Of a stretch of 32,448 bases of DNA, positions 1 to 10,790 are shown one piece after another. Under the pieces are notes generated by a model, which saw nothing but the letters and a program-made list of their open reading frames with translations, made no database searches and had not been told where the DNA came from. A program made the position numbers and the translations under genes. The first letter of the stretch is position 1; each line of letters opens with the position of its first letter. The DNA lies in assembly GCF_006345805.1 (NCBI RefSeq), contig NW_021832513.1, positions 1 through 32,448 on the forward strand. Reading direction: 5' to 3'. The stretch is from Octopus sinensis (lineage: Eukaryota).

Positions 1-90
1 ATTTGCAAAATGGACTCCTATTCAATCCGATTAGGGACTTTGCAGCCTTCGAAACATATGTAGAAAATAATAAAGAAGTTTCTTCCTACA

Positions 91-94
<4 letters not shown>

Positions 95-152
<58 letters not shown>

Positions 153-166
153 CGATAGAGAGAGAG
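95..166. repeat. (TA)n/(GA)n microsatellite
   Basis: Dinucleotide runs seen directly. Confidence 0.95.
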
Positions 167-807
167 AATTCATATAAAAAAAGTACTCCATCTTGTGAGA
201 GAAAAATATTATTCATTTAAGGTACACATACATGTTTTAAAGCGCTGCTAATAGTTTCATATGTGAGAAACACAAAACATTCATCAGCAAAGCCATAGTT
301 ATCATAACGAAACTTAAAAATCTCATCAGGCACAAGCCATTTATCATAACGAACTTAAGAAATCGAATAATAGAAGAAACGCGAAAGAACTGAGACGGCA
401 GCATATGGAAAATGCAGGAGGTAAACAACGGAAAACGAAAAACGGAAAACGAAACACAATTTAAAATGGAAAAAATAAAAAGTAAAAGAGCCATCCTCAT
501 TAGACCTTAAAGACTGGGAAGATATCATGTCAGTCAGGGATAGGCGGAATTTTCCAATTCTTCAAAATATATTTATTCATATGCATGCAACCTGTCAATT
601 AAACGGCCCATTGACAAACTAATTTGTCAGTGGGTGGTTCTATCAGCGATTAGGCGTTTGAAAATAAATTATTCCCCTCATTTGTATCTCAAACTATAAT
701 TGTTAGTCTCTCGCACAACAAAATTTACAATCTCATCAAAACGTGCCGTAAAATATTGCTTTCAAATGTTGGCTCAAGGCCAACAAGTTCGGTGTGGGGG
801 TGGGGAG

Positions 808-988
808 GATAAATCGATTGCATCGACCCCCAATACTCAGTTGATGTTTATTTTATCGACCCCCCCCCCACCAAAAGGATGAAAGGCAAAGTTTTTCTCG
901 GCAGAATTTGAACTCAGAATGTAATGACGGACCACATGCCGCCAAGTATTTTGTCCGGTGTGCTAACGATTCTGCCAGGTCGCTGCCC
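808..988 (-). mobile_element. SINE family B, diverged copy
   Basis: Reverse complement of the family-B head (ggcagcgacctggcagaatcgttagc), B-box-like gagttcaaatt and core gcctttcatcc...ggggtcgataaa, compared with the copies at 3588 and 25788. Confidence 0.85.
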
Positions 989-1214
989 GACACGAAAAAA
1001 ATCCCCCAAAGTAAAAAAGAAAAACAAAACAAAACAAAACCGTGCCATAAAATATTCGCTTTCTTTCGATGAAAGTCGTATCGATGTAAATTTTCTGAAG
1101 CATCAATCGATGATGTCCGCTGCTCTCCGAGGAAACATCAATTGGCGATCTCCGCCGTTTAGGGATAAAAATATCTAAGAGTTGTCCATTGTGGATCTGT
1201 TTAATTTCGCTCAC

Positions 1215-1455
1215 AAATTTTAAAACTATTTTTTTAGCTAAAAAGTTTGAAACTTCGTATGCTGGTATAATTTCCCATGCTGAATACGGTTCACTTTCAA
1301 CATTTTTAACAAAATTTCGTATTTTAGAAGTTATTTCGTGTTAAAGTTGTCGTATTTGGGTAATTTCAACCAATCAACGACGTGTATTCAGTTGAAGAAA
1401 GCTACTGCTGTTTGCGATAATAATCGAAGAGGAACAACTTCCGGGTCAGCTCTAC
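1215..1455. mobile_element. Possible interspersed DNA-transposon-like repeat fragment
   Basis: Resembles a recalled octopus interspersed repeat (aaagtttgaaacttcgtat...ccaatcaacgacgtgtattcag). No termini or ORF visible. Confidence 0.3.
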
Positions 1456-1630
1456 TAAATGATAGATAGGTAGATAGGTAGATAGATAGATAGAAAGATA
1501 GACAGACAGATGGATAAGTAGGTAGATATTGTTGTCAGCCATAGTAACAAGTTTTGATCAAAAGCGCGAGTTTTTAAGTGCCAATCAATAGAACGGAACA
1601 GAAACTTCAAAAAACCATCATATGTATATA

Positions 1631-2040
1631 GGCTGTGTGGTAAGTAGCTTACTTACCACCATATGGTCCTGGGTTCAGTCCCACTGCGTGGCACTTTGGG
1701 CAAGTGTCTTCTACTATAGCCTTGGCTGACCAAAGCCTTGTGAGTGGATTTGGCAGACGGAGACTGAAAGAAGCCCGTCGCATATATATATATATATATA
1801 TATGCGCGCGCGTGTGTGTGCGTGCGTGTGTATGTTTGTGTGTCTGTGTTTGTCCCCCCCCCCACCATCGATTGACAACAGATCTTGGTATGTTTACGTC
1901 CCCGTATTCTGGCGGTTCGGCAAAAGAGACCGATAGAATAAATACTAGACTTACAAAGAATATGCCCTGGGGTCGAGTTGTTGGACTAAAAGGCGGTGCT
2001 CCAGCATGGCCACAGCCAAATGAGTGAAACAAATAAAATA
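1631..2040 (+). mobile_element. SINE family A (tRNA-derived, near full length)
   Basis: A-box remnant ggctgtgtgg, B-box ggttcagtccc, internal TA/GT microsatellite, 3' tail ggcggtgctccagcatggccacag. Many copies within the window. Confidence 0.92.
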
Positions 2041-2156
2041 TACGATACATGTAGTTATTATTATTTTTGCTTTATGTGTGTATGTGTGATTGTGTTTTTG
2101 TATGTCTTTCAACAAAGCAACACTGACTTAAAAAATACCCAACTATATGTATGTAT

Positions 2157-2158
<2 letters not shown>

Positions 2159-2228
<70 letters not shown>
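2159..2228. repeat. (CA)n microsatellite
   Basis: Seen directly. Confidence 0.97.
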
Positions 2229-2230
<2 letters not shown>

Positions 2231-2423
2231 TTTAATGTACAATCTTCTTAAGTTCTGTTCTGTTACTTATATTCACCAAGAAAGTCAATCTGAACATTAT
2301 TTGTTCAATCTATGAAGCTATGTTCATGATTTAGAAATATTTTTAACTGGCTGCATAGCAACGCGTTTGAACTACTACTACTACTACTACTAGTAGTAGT
2401 AGTAGTAGTAGTAATGATAATGT

Positions 2424-3245
2424 GATTTGAAGCGTACCACCGAAAGCCTGATCACTGCTGCACAAGACCAGGCTCTCGCTACCAATTCAGTGAAGTATAA
2501 CATCTATAAAACTTCTGACACCCAGAAATGCAGACTCTGTGGAAAGAGTGTGGAAAATGTGACAGACTTGGTGAAGTGGCTGTGAGAGCCTTGCACAAAA
2601 AGAATACAAGCGCCGCCACGATAAAGTGTCTGTGCATCTTCATTGGTTTTTATACCGTAAATACCAATATGAAGTAAGAGAGAACTGGTATGAGTATGTA
2701 CCAAGAAAAGTTGTGCAGGAGGATGGAAAAGTAACGATGCTCTGGGACTATGATTTTTCAGACGGATCGTTTAATCGAACACCGTCGGCCGGATATTGTC
2801 ATATTGAATAAGAGAGACCAATACGGTCAGACCACTGATGTAGCCATACCAAATGACATCAATGTTGTGAGTAAAGAGGTTGAAAAAATTAACCAAGTAC
2901 TCTGGATTGAAAGTGGAAATGGTAAGTCTGTGTGGAATGTGAGAGGGTAATGTAAAAGTGATACCAGTGGTGATCGGAGCGTTTGGGCTCAATCCCATTG
3001 AAACTTCAAGGTTTCTTAAGGCAACTGGAAAGATTGATGTCTTGCAAAAAGCAAGATTGATGTCTTGCAAAAAGCAGCCTTATTGGGCACAGCGCACATC
3101 TTAAGGAAAGTATTATCTGTCTGAGGTCCTTGTTGTGACTTGACAGATGACTAAAGACTCCGGTGCATTTTTACCTACACTCTGTTACAAAAGAATGATG
3201 ATAACAACAATAACAACAATAGTAATAATAATAATCATAATGATA
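2424..3245 (+). mobile_element. 5'-truncated R4/Dong-clade LINE remnant (zinc knuckle + restriction-like endonuclease), frameshifted
   Basis: Joined frames read ESLITAAQDQAL...KCRLCGKSVENV, RRHDKV, LWDYDFQTDRLIEHRRPDIV, DVAIPND and LQKAALLGTAHILRKVL*, which are typical R4/Dong C-terminal motifs. It ends in an AAC/AAT trinucleotide tail. Confidence 0.9.
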
Positions 3246-3302
3246 CGAATATATAAGCCATAACTAGATGTGAGACGTAAAGAATTTTAATATTTCGGTA
3301 GA

Positions 3303-3312
3303 AAGAAGCCCG

Positions 3313-3353
<41 letters not shown>

Positions 3354-3540
3354 ACTTTGTGCTTGTGTTTGTCCCCCACCACCGCTTGACCACCGGTGTA
3401 GGTGTGTTTACGTCCCCGTAACTTAACGGTTCGGCAAAAGAGAAAATAAATACTGGGGTTGATTTATTCGACTAAAAATTCTTCAAGACGGTGCTCCAGC
3501 ATGGCCGCAGTCTAATGACTGATAAAAGATAAAAGATAAA
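3303..3540 (+). mobile_element. SINE family A, 3' half
   Basis: gaaagaagcccgtcg, GT repeat, gtttacgtccccgtaac and the ccagcatggccgcagtc tail. Confidence 0.88.
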
Positions 3541-3587
3541 AAAAAAAGAGAGAAAGGTAGAGTACCAGTGCGACATTGCCATTATTG

Positions 3588-3990
3588 AAGGTGGCGAACT
3601 GGCAGAAACGTTAGCGTGCCGGGCGAAATGCTCAGCGGTAGTTCGTCTGCCGTTACGTTCTGAGTTCAAATTCTGCCGAGGTCGACTTTGCCTTCATCCT
3701 TTCGGGGTCAATAAATTAAGTACCAGTTACGCACTGGGGTCGATGTAATCGACTTAATCTGTTTGTCTGTCCTTGTTTGTCCTCTCTGTGTTTAGCCCCT
3801 TGTGGGTAGTAAAGAAATAGGTATTTTGTCTGTCTTTACGTTGTGAATTCAAATTCCGCCGTGGTCGACTTTGCCTTTCATCCTTCAGGGTTGGTAAATT
3901 AAGTACCAGTTGCGTACTGAGGTCGATCTAATCGACTGGCCCCTTCCCCTCCCCCAAATTTCGGACCTTGTGCCTAGAGTAGAAAAGATT
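3588..3990 (+). mobile_element. SINE family B, dimeric
   Basis: Head ggtggcgaactggcagaa followed by two units of B-box-like gagttcaaatt plus core gcctt(t)catcctt..gggt..ataaattaagtaccag. The core resembles the Nin/Deu SINE domain (recalled). Confidence 0.9.
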
Positions 3991-4075
3991 GTTGAAGTTG
4001 GATCCACCAGATATTTTAATTACATTCCGAATTAACTTCAGCAAAACGTACCCGTTAACCACCCGAATGTATTGT

Positions 4076-4832
4076 TTAATCTAAAATATACACATTTTCA
4101 TTTCCTATAATGCTCTTCCATCTATCTGGTAGATTTGCAAGGTCCCTCTTCTAAAATTCGCTTGTCCGTGACGAAAAATACTCCCCCAGTACTGTTCTGA
4201 CCTCCTCTACAGAATTCATATTTTCCCATCCAAATAATTTCGAAGACTGCGGAATAAATGATAAACAGATGGAGCAATGTCGTTTCTCATTCAAACTACT
4301 CCAGCCTTTGGAATGTCATCCTCGCTGTGTGTGGCTGGGCATTATCCTGATGGAAGAACGCCTTTCGTCTTGTAACCAAAGATGGTCGTTTTTCTTTTAT
4401 CGCTGACTTGAATGACTGGTTGAATGACCAAATCCAAGTTTCTCTGCTAGTTCCTCAACAGTTACGATGGGATTTTGTTCCACCAGGTTTTCCAGGACGT
4501 CCTCGTCGAGCTCTACAGATCTCCCAGGATGAGGCTCATCTTCTAGGCTGTAGTTTCCGGCTTGGAATTTGGGGAACCACAGTTGAGACTGGCTTACGCT
4601 TATCGTCCGATCCCCATATACTGCATTAATATTCCTCACACTTTCCGTTGCGTTGTTGCCTTTATTGAACTCATAAAGCAAAATATGCCGAATATGCTCC
4701 TTTGTCACTTCCATTATAGTTTTGAGAAAATGGCTGTAAAAATCGAACTGCACTCTTCAAATGTATAAACTAGTTATAAATTAAAATATAGATGAAATAA
4801 AGAAATTTCGATTGTCTTCTTGATTCAATATA
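4076..4832 (-). pseudogene. Mariner transposase remnant with internal deletion
   Basis: ORF 4397-4753 has the mariner N-terminal HTH region (IRHILLYEFNKGNNATE...SLEDEPHPGR). Downstream frames give FHQDNAQPHT, YHLFRSL and LPDRWKSI. The WVPHEL region and YSPD motif are missing, and there are stops. Confidence 0.9.
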
Positions 4833-5059
4833 TCAACGCTTAGACAATAATAAATCACCGAAATACATGCGTTTTCTTCATGAAAAACTATCCAAAATTG
4901 ACTGAGTATTTGGTAGATCCTCTCTTTAATCTGGACAGACTGGTCTGTACGTACTCTCCCTTCGGCCAATATTACTTTCAGGCCACTAATTTATGTAATT
5001 TTCGACGACCTCAGTTTGCAACCTTCTGTCAAGAAGTTTCACATTCTTTGATTTTTTTT

Positions 5060-5277
5060 CTTTTAATCTTTTATTTGTTTCAGTCGTTTGACTGCGGCCA
5101 TGCTAGAGCGCCGCCTTTTAATCGAAGAAATCAACATTAGAACTTATTCGTTGCAAGCCTGGTACTTATTCTATCGTTCTCTTTTGCCGAACCGCTAAGT
5201 TACAGGAACGTAAACACACCAACATCGGTTGTCAAGCGATAGTGGGAGGACAAACACTGACATAAAGACACATACAT

Positions 5278-5325
<48 letters not shown>

Positions 5326-5489
5326 ACGACGGGTTTCTCTCAGTCTCTGTTTACCAAATCCATTAACAAGGATTTGGTCGGCCCGAGGTTATAGTAGAAG
5401 ACACTTGCCCAAGGTGCCACGCAGTAGGACTGAACCCGGAACCATGTGGTTGGGAAGCAAGCTTCTTACCACACGGGCACGCCTGCACC
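5060..5489 (-). mobile_element. SINE family A, full length
   Basis: Reverse complement of the copy at 10397-10790, with an internal (CA)n. Confidence 0.92.
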
Positions 5490-5534
5490 TATATAATTTT
5501 TGCTGGATTAAGGTCGGAGATTTGAGCAACTCAT

Positions 5535-5710
5535 TTCGTCCGTCTTTACGTTCTGAGTCCAAATTCCGCCGGGGTCAACTTTGCCTTTGTTCCTTTCGGG
5601 GTCGATAAATTAAGTACCAGTTACACACTGGGGTCGATGTAATCGACTAGTCCCCTTCCCGCAAATTTCAGGCCTTTTGCCTTTAAGTTGAAAGGATTAT
5701 TATTATTATT
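5535..5710 (+). mobile_element. SINE family B, 5'-truncated
   Basis: B-box unit plus core, then the aaatttcaggcc...gaaaggatt tail and (ATT)n. Confidence 0.85.
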
Positions 5711-5715
5711 ATGAT

Positions 5716-5926
5716 AAGGTGGTGAGCTGGCAGAATCAATTGTTGGGCGAAATGCTGAGTGGTATTTCGTCTGTCTCTACGTTCTGAGTTCAAATTCCGC
5801 CGAGGTCGACTTTGACTTTCATCCTTTCGGGGTCGATAAATTAAGTACCAGTTACGCACTGGGGTCGATGTAATCGACTCGTATCCTCCCCCAAAATTTC
5901 AGACCTTGTGGTCTATAGTAGAAAGG

Positions 5927-5962
<36 letters not shown>

Positions 5963-5965
5963 GTT
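5716..5965 (+). mobile_element. SINE family B, monomer with (ATT)n tail
   Basis: Head ggtggtgagctggcagaatc, core, 3' end gtagaaaggattattatt. Confidence 0.9.
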
Positions 5966-6314
5966 GTTGTTGGTGGTGGTGTTGCCGTTACATACACATA
6001 CGCGCGCCCGCGCCCTTTATGATATTTGGCGTTTGGCCAGTAATTCTGATAATATGGTCTCCTGCTGCTGTGGATGGTACCCGCTGCTGGCACTGTTTTA
6101 TCTCGATTCTAAATGGAACTAGTTTTTTCAGAACGTGTATATTTGTCTGAGACTTTCAGTGTTATCGCCGCTGTTGTTGTTGCTGCTGCTGTTGTTTAAA
6201 GCTTCAAGTCAGTCGCTCCGATCAAACAGGCCCTCTTTGATAAAGAGCATTCCACCTGATACCATCCCAATTCCATCCCATCCATCTCATACTAATCCAT
6301 TCTCAATTATCATT

Positions 6315-6720
6315 CTATTACGTTTTTTAAGTTTATCTAGGTAGGACTGTTTTATCGACATCAGCCGAAATTGCTAAGATGATCTGGTTCTTGACTGATG
6401 ACTGAGGGCTTCGAATGTCCCGTCCTGTGGTTCTTGTGTCGTCTCTGTGGTGTTTCATGTTCTTGTCCATGTCTGTAATTATTTTTACTGTTTACCTATA
6501 TATATATATATATATAATATATATATATATATGTATATATATGTGTTTACTCCGTATATATATATATATACATATATATATATACCGGAGTAAACACATA
6601 AATGTGAAACAAGGTGGAAAAAAGAGTACTAAAATACCAGGGGTAGAGTAATGTGCTTTGGGAACGTGAAACTCAGAGTAACAGGTTTTGTTGAATTTCT
6701 GCTGCTTTGAAATAAAGTAT
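6315..6720. mobile_element. Possible Penelope-type pLTR fragments among TA repeats
   Basis: Segments 6315-6480 and 6590-6720 resemble recalled octopus TA-flanked repeats. No decisive motif. Confidence 0.3.
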
Positions 6721-6815
6721 ATATATATATATTTGCGTGTATGTGTGTATGTATGTATGTATAAGGAAAATAAGTCAAGGTAGAATATGCTAAAATAATT
6801 TTATAAAAAACATTT

Positions 6816-6851
6816 CAGTACCGGTTTCAGTCATTGAGACTTTTTCAACTG
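6816..6851 (-). ncRNA. Minimal type-I hammerhead ribozyme motif, U3-A8 variant
   Basis: Minus strand parses as CAG-UUGAAAA-AGUC(UCAAU)GACU-GAAA-CCGG-UA-CUG: stem I, core, stem II, palindromic stem III ACCGGU and a GUA site. Confidence 0.7.
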
Positions 6852-7761
6852 TAAGTATGGAGAACAATTAAATTTTGGAAAAATTAAATGAAAAGTTTTT
6901 TGAAAGAATTTTTGTATAGTGTTCAAATACAATGGACATTTTCCTTGTTTCTGTCTGTCTCTGTCTCTCTTGTTTACTCTTGTGGCTTCGAGGTCGTTGT
7001 GAATTCTTGGCAGGGAAGAAGAAGAAGAAGAAGAAGAAGAAGAAGAAGAAGAAGAAGAAGAAGAAGAAGAAGAAGAAGAAGATGGAGAAGAAGAAGAAGA
7101 AAGAGGATGAAGAGGAAGAGAAGGAGAAAAATGCAGGAGTGCCGTGATTGTAGTAGGATGTTAAATGGTCAAGTGCCCTGAAAGTGACTTGTTGTGGATG
7201 GTAGTAGTGATTGAATTCTTGAGACATCTCTTTTGAATGTATTGTTTATAATATTTGCGTAGGTGTTATTCTAAACAGCAATAGTGGTAAAGTTAGGCAG
7301 GAGGTGGCGGAGGGGAAGAAGACGAAGAAAAAGAAGGAGGAGAAGAAGAGAAAGAATAATAAAAGAATACGGGAGTGGTATGATAGTAGTAGGATGTTAA
7401 ATGGTCAAGTGACTTAAAAGTGATCCGTTGTGGATTATAGTAGTATTTAGGACTGTTGAATTTATTGAATTCTCGAGTATGTCTTTTGAATGTATTATTT
7501 TTAATATTTGTGCGTGTGTTATTCTAAGGTCGTGGTGGATATGCCTTCTTCTTCTTCTTCTTCTTCTTCTTCTTCTTCTTCTTCTTCTTCTTCTCTTGCC
7601 TGCCAAGAATTCACAACGACCTTGGATCCACAAGAGTAAACAAGAGAGATAGAGACAAGCAGAAACAAGGCAAATGCCCCTTCCATTTGAATACTAGGCA
7701 AATATTCTTTTAAAAAACTTTTCTTTGAATTTTTCCAAAGTTTAATTGTTTTCCATACTTA

Positions 7762-7797
7762 GAGTTGAAAAAGTTTCAATGACTGAAACCGGTACTG
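7762..7797 (+). ncRNA. Second copy of the U3-A8 hammerhead motif (weakened)
   Basis: GAG-UUGAAAA-AGUU(UCAAU)GACU-GAAA-CCGG-UA-CUG. One stem I pair is lost and stem II has a U-G wobble. Confidence 0.55.
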
Positions 7798-7888
7798 AAA
7801 TTTTTTTATAAAATTATTTTAGAATATTCTACCTTGACCTCCACACACACACACACACACACGTGTGTGTGTGTGTGTGTGTGTGTGT

Positions 7889-8210
7889 GGAGGCGCCGTG
7901 GCCCAGTGGTTAGGGCAGCGAACTCGCGGTTTCGATGCTGAGACCGGGCGTTTTGAGTGCTTATTGAGTGAAAGCACCTAAAGCTCTACGTGGCCCCGCC
8001 AGGGTGTGGTAGCGAACCCTGAGAACACTCTTTCTTCCTGTTTCTGTTGTACCTATATTTCAAAGGGTTCAGCCTTGTCACATTCTGTGTCACGCTGGCT
8101 CTCTCCGAGAACTACGCTATGGGTACACGTGTCTGTGGAGTGCTCAGCCACTTGCACGTTCATTTCGCGGGTAGGCTGTTCCGTTGATCGGATCAACTGG
8201 AACCCTCGTT
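7889..8210 (+). mobile_element. SINE family C (tRNA-derived)
   Basis: A-box tggcccagtgg, degenerate B-box gtttcgat. Its 3' part (gagaactac...ccacttgcacgt...gatcaactggaa) recurs at 27713-27860. Confidence 0.85.
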
Positions 8211-8286
8211 ATTATACACATATATATATACACATATATATTGTACACACACATATATATAATATATATATATATATTATACACAC

Positions 8287-8317
<31 letters not shown>

Positions 8318-8350
8318 AGTGTGTGTGTGTGCGCGCGCGTGTGTGTGTGT

Positions 8351-8410
<60 letters not shown>

Positions 8411-8413
<3 letters not shown>

Positions 8414-8760
8414 ACTGCCTAGGACTCCAACTTGCCATCAAGATGTAGGACAAGATTCTGTGATAGCCTGGGCTTCCGAGGCCCACAGCTCTTCAATATC
8501 CTCCCGATGAACCTGAGAGACCTGCATGGGGTGGATACAGATGTCTTTAAAATGGAGCTGGATCTCTTCCTGTCAGGTGTCCCAGATGAACCAACTTCAC
8601 GGCAGGAGGGGCAATGAGGGCAGATGCATCGAACTCTCTCATGCACCAAATAGCAGTTGCTAGAAGCCTCCATGAAGTGAAACCAAGTAGCAACACCAAA
8701 TGGCGGTGTGCCCAGCATGGCCACAGCTCATAAGCTGAAACTAGAATCAATCAATCAATC
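8411..8760 (+). mobile_element. CR1-like LINE 3' fragment with (AATC)n tail
   Basis: Reads SLGFRGPQLFNILPMNLRDLHGVDTDVFKMELDLFLSGVPDEP, the typical CR1/L2-group RT C-terminus (GPxLFNxLP...FKxxLD). A 3' UTR and simple-repeat tail follow. Confidence 0.85.
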
Positions 8761-8787
8761 ATATATATATACATACATACAAGTGAA

Positions 8788-9036
8788 GGCGCGTGGCTTA
8801 GTGGTTTGGGTGTTGAACTCATGATCGTAAGGTTGTGGTTTCGATTCCTGGACCGGGCGATGCGTTGTGTTCTTGAGCAAAACACTTCATTTCACGTTGC
8901 TCCAGTTCACTCAGCTGGCAAAGATGAGTAATCCTGCGACGGATAGACGTCCCGTCCAGGTGGGAGAATTTCTACGCCACTGAAACCGGGAAACCGGCCC
9001 TTACGAGCCTGGCATGGCTCGAGAACGAACATTTAC
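8788..9036 (+). mobile_element. SINE family D (tRNA-derived), full length
   Basis: A-box tggcttagtgg, B-box ggtttcgattcc, and a central cctgcgacggat..cccgtccagg resembling the V-type SINE domain (recalled). Confidence 0.85.
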
Positions 9037-9051
9037 TTATTATATATATAT

Positions 9052-9136
9052 AAGGAACTTTCAATATCCTGGGGTCCATGGGAAAACTCATTTAAATAAA
9101 AGAGGTCCTTGGTAGTGAAAAATTCGGGAATCATTG
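9052..9136 (+). mobile_element. Possible hAT-type MITE 3' terminus
   Basis: Ends aaaaattcgggaatcattg, similar to the reverse complement of CAGTGGTTCCC-type TIRs. The other end was not found. Confidence 0.35.
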
Positions 9137-9239
9137 TTCTAATCGAACATCCACCTTTAAGTAGGAAAGATATTTCCAAATTTGTTTCGCTAATTCGGAT
9201 ATCCAAGTCTTATTTCTTTTTCCTGGATATATTTTATTT

Positions 9240-9335
9240 TCCTGGAGTTCGCTATCCTCTTTCAACCTTTTGGAGTCGATAGAATAAAGTTCCAGTCGAG
9301 TTACTGGGGTCGGTGACTGATCGACCCGTTCTCTT
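9240..9335 (+). mobile_element. Highly diverged SINE family B core
   Basis: ctttcaaccttttggagtcgatagaataaagttccag...actggggtcg. Confidence 0.55.
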
Positions 9336-9539
9336 CCATTAAAATTCGCGGCCGCGTTCCAAGAGACGAAACAATTATCATCTTTGCATATTTGAAAACA
9401 CCGAGATGGTAGTGGTGATTCGAGGGAGATTTGGTTGCTATTTCTAATCGATCGATCGACCATGAAGACTCTTGTTTCTTGGCCACATTTCATGATGGTT
9501 CCATTATTGGCTTCATTTCATGGCAGTTAATTAATTATG

Positions 9540-9580
9540 AATATATATGTGTGAGTGTGTATGTATATACACATGTTGTG

Positions 9581-9626
<46 letters not shown>

Positions 9627-9669
9627 TAATATATATACTACATAAGATATATGTCTATATGTAAGATAC

Positions 9670-9715
<46 letters not shown>

Positions 9716-10040
9716 TAATATGCATATGTACATGTATACATATTATGCATCTCTCTCTCTCTCTCTCTCTCTCTATATCTATATATATATATATATATAA
9801 TATATATATAACACACAATGATGCGTATATATGTATATATAATTACCACACACACACATATATATACAAGCACATATATATATATTTATACTTATATATA
9901 TATATATATACATGCATGCAATATACATACATACACACATACACACATATATATATATATATATACATACATATATGTATATATATATATAATATATAAT
10001 ATATACATACAACCACACATATACATATATATATATATAT

Positions 10041-10097
<57 letters not shown>

Positions 10098-10127
10098 CAT
10101 ATATATATACACACAACACACATATAT
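9540..10127. repeat. Compound TA/CA/CT microsatellite tract
   Basis: Seen directly. Confidence 0.95.
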
Positions 10128-10396
10128 ATGGAACATCCGCCAGGTTTTCTCGTTACCCAGGATTGCCGACAAACAACAGTTATAAGCTAATAAGTATCGA
10201 TGAGGCGTTTTTTTTTTTCCTTTTTTTGTTTCTAGGCCGTGTTACTTCGATTGCTTTGCCCCACCCTCAACACACCTGCACGCACATTTGTCTCAGGTAT
10301 TTTTGAAAAGGAAATTACCAACAGCAAGCAACACGAACCAAACAAGGCAAAACAAAACATTCATTGCCAAAGCAGAATCTAAAAATATTAGACATA

Positions 10397-10790
10397 GGCG
10401 CAGGAGTGGCTGTGTGGTAAGTAGCTTGCTTTCCAACCACATGGTTCAGGGTTCAGTCCCACTGCATGGCACTTTGGGCAAGTGTCTTCTGCTACAGCCT
10501 CGGGCCCACCAAAGCCTTGTGAGTGGATTTGATAGACGGAAAGTGAAAGAAGCCAATCGTATATATGTATGTGTGTGTGTGTCTGTTTTGTGTATCTGTA
10601 TTTGTCCCCCCCCCCGCCAACAACCGATGCTGGTGTGTTTACGTGCCCGTAACTTAGCGGTTCGGCAAAAAGACCGATAGAATAAGTACTGGGCTTACAA
10701 AGAATAAGTCCTGGGGTCGATTCGCTCGACTAAAGGCGGTGCTCCAGCATGGCCACAGTCAAATGACTGAAACAAGAAAAAGAAAAGAAT
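10397..10790 (+). mobile_element. SINE family A, full length (best-preserved copy)
   Basis: ggcgcaggagtggctgtgtggtaag head (A-box), ggttcagtccc (B-box), central microsatellite, tail ggcggtgctccagcatggccacagtcaaatgactgaaac, A-rich end. Confidence 0.95.

Larger units (their letters stand above)
6774..7838. mobile_element. Penelope-like element ends in inverted orientation
   Basis: Arms 6774-~7090 and ~7544-7838 are imperfect inverted repeats, each with a hammerhead motif and a GAA/CTT run. Inverted pLTRs carrying hammerheads are a PLE hallmark. Confidence 0.7.

Noticed and set aside
6395-6420. CUGAUGA...GAAU candidate hammerhead
   Set aside because: Stem II is weak, GAAA is absent and there is no stem I/III pairing.
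6868-7227. Poly-Arg/Lys/Phe ORFs
   Set aside because: They come from the (GAA)n run inside the Penelope-like inverted repeat.
10397-10470. tRNA genes at SINE heads (also 1631, 7889, 8788)
   Set aside because: A/B boxes are present but there is no complete cloverleaf, and each continues into SINE body sequence.
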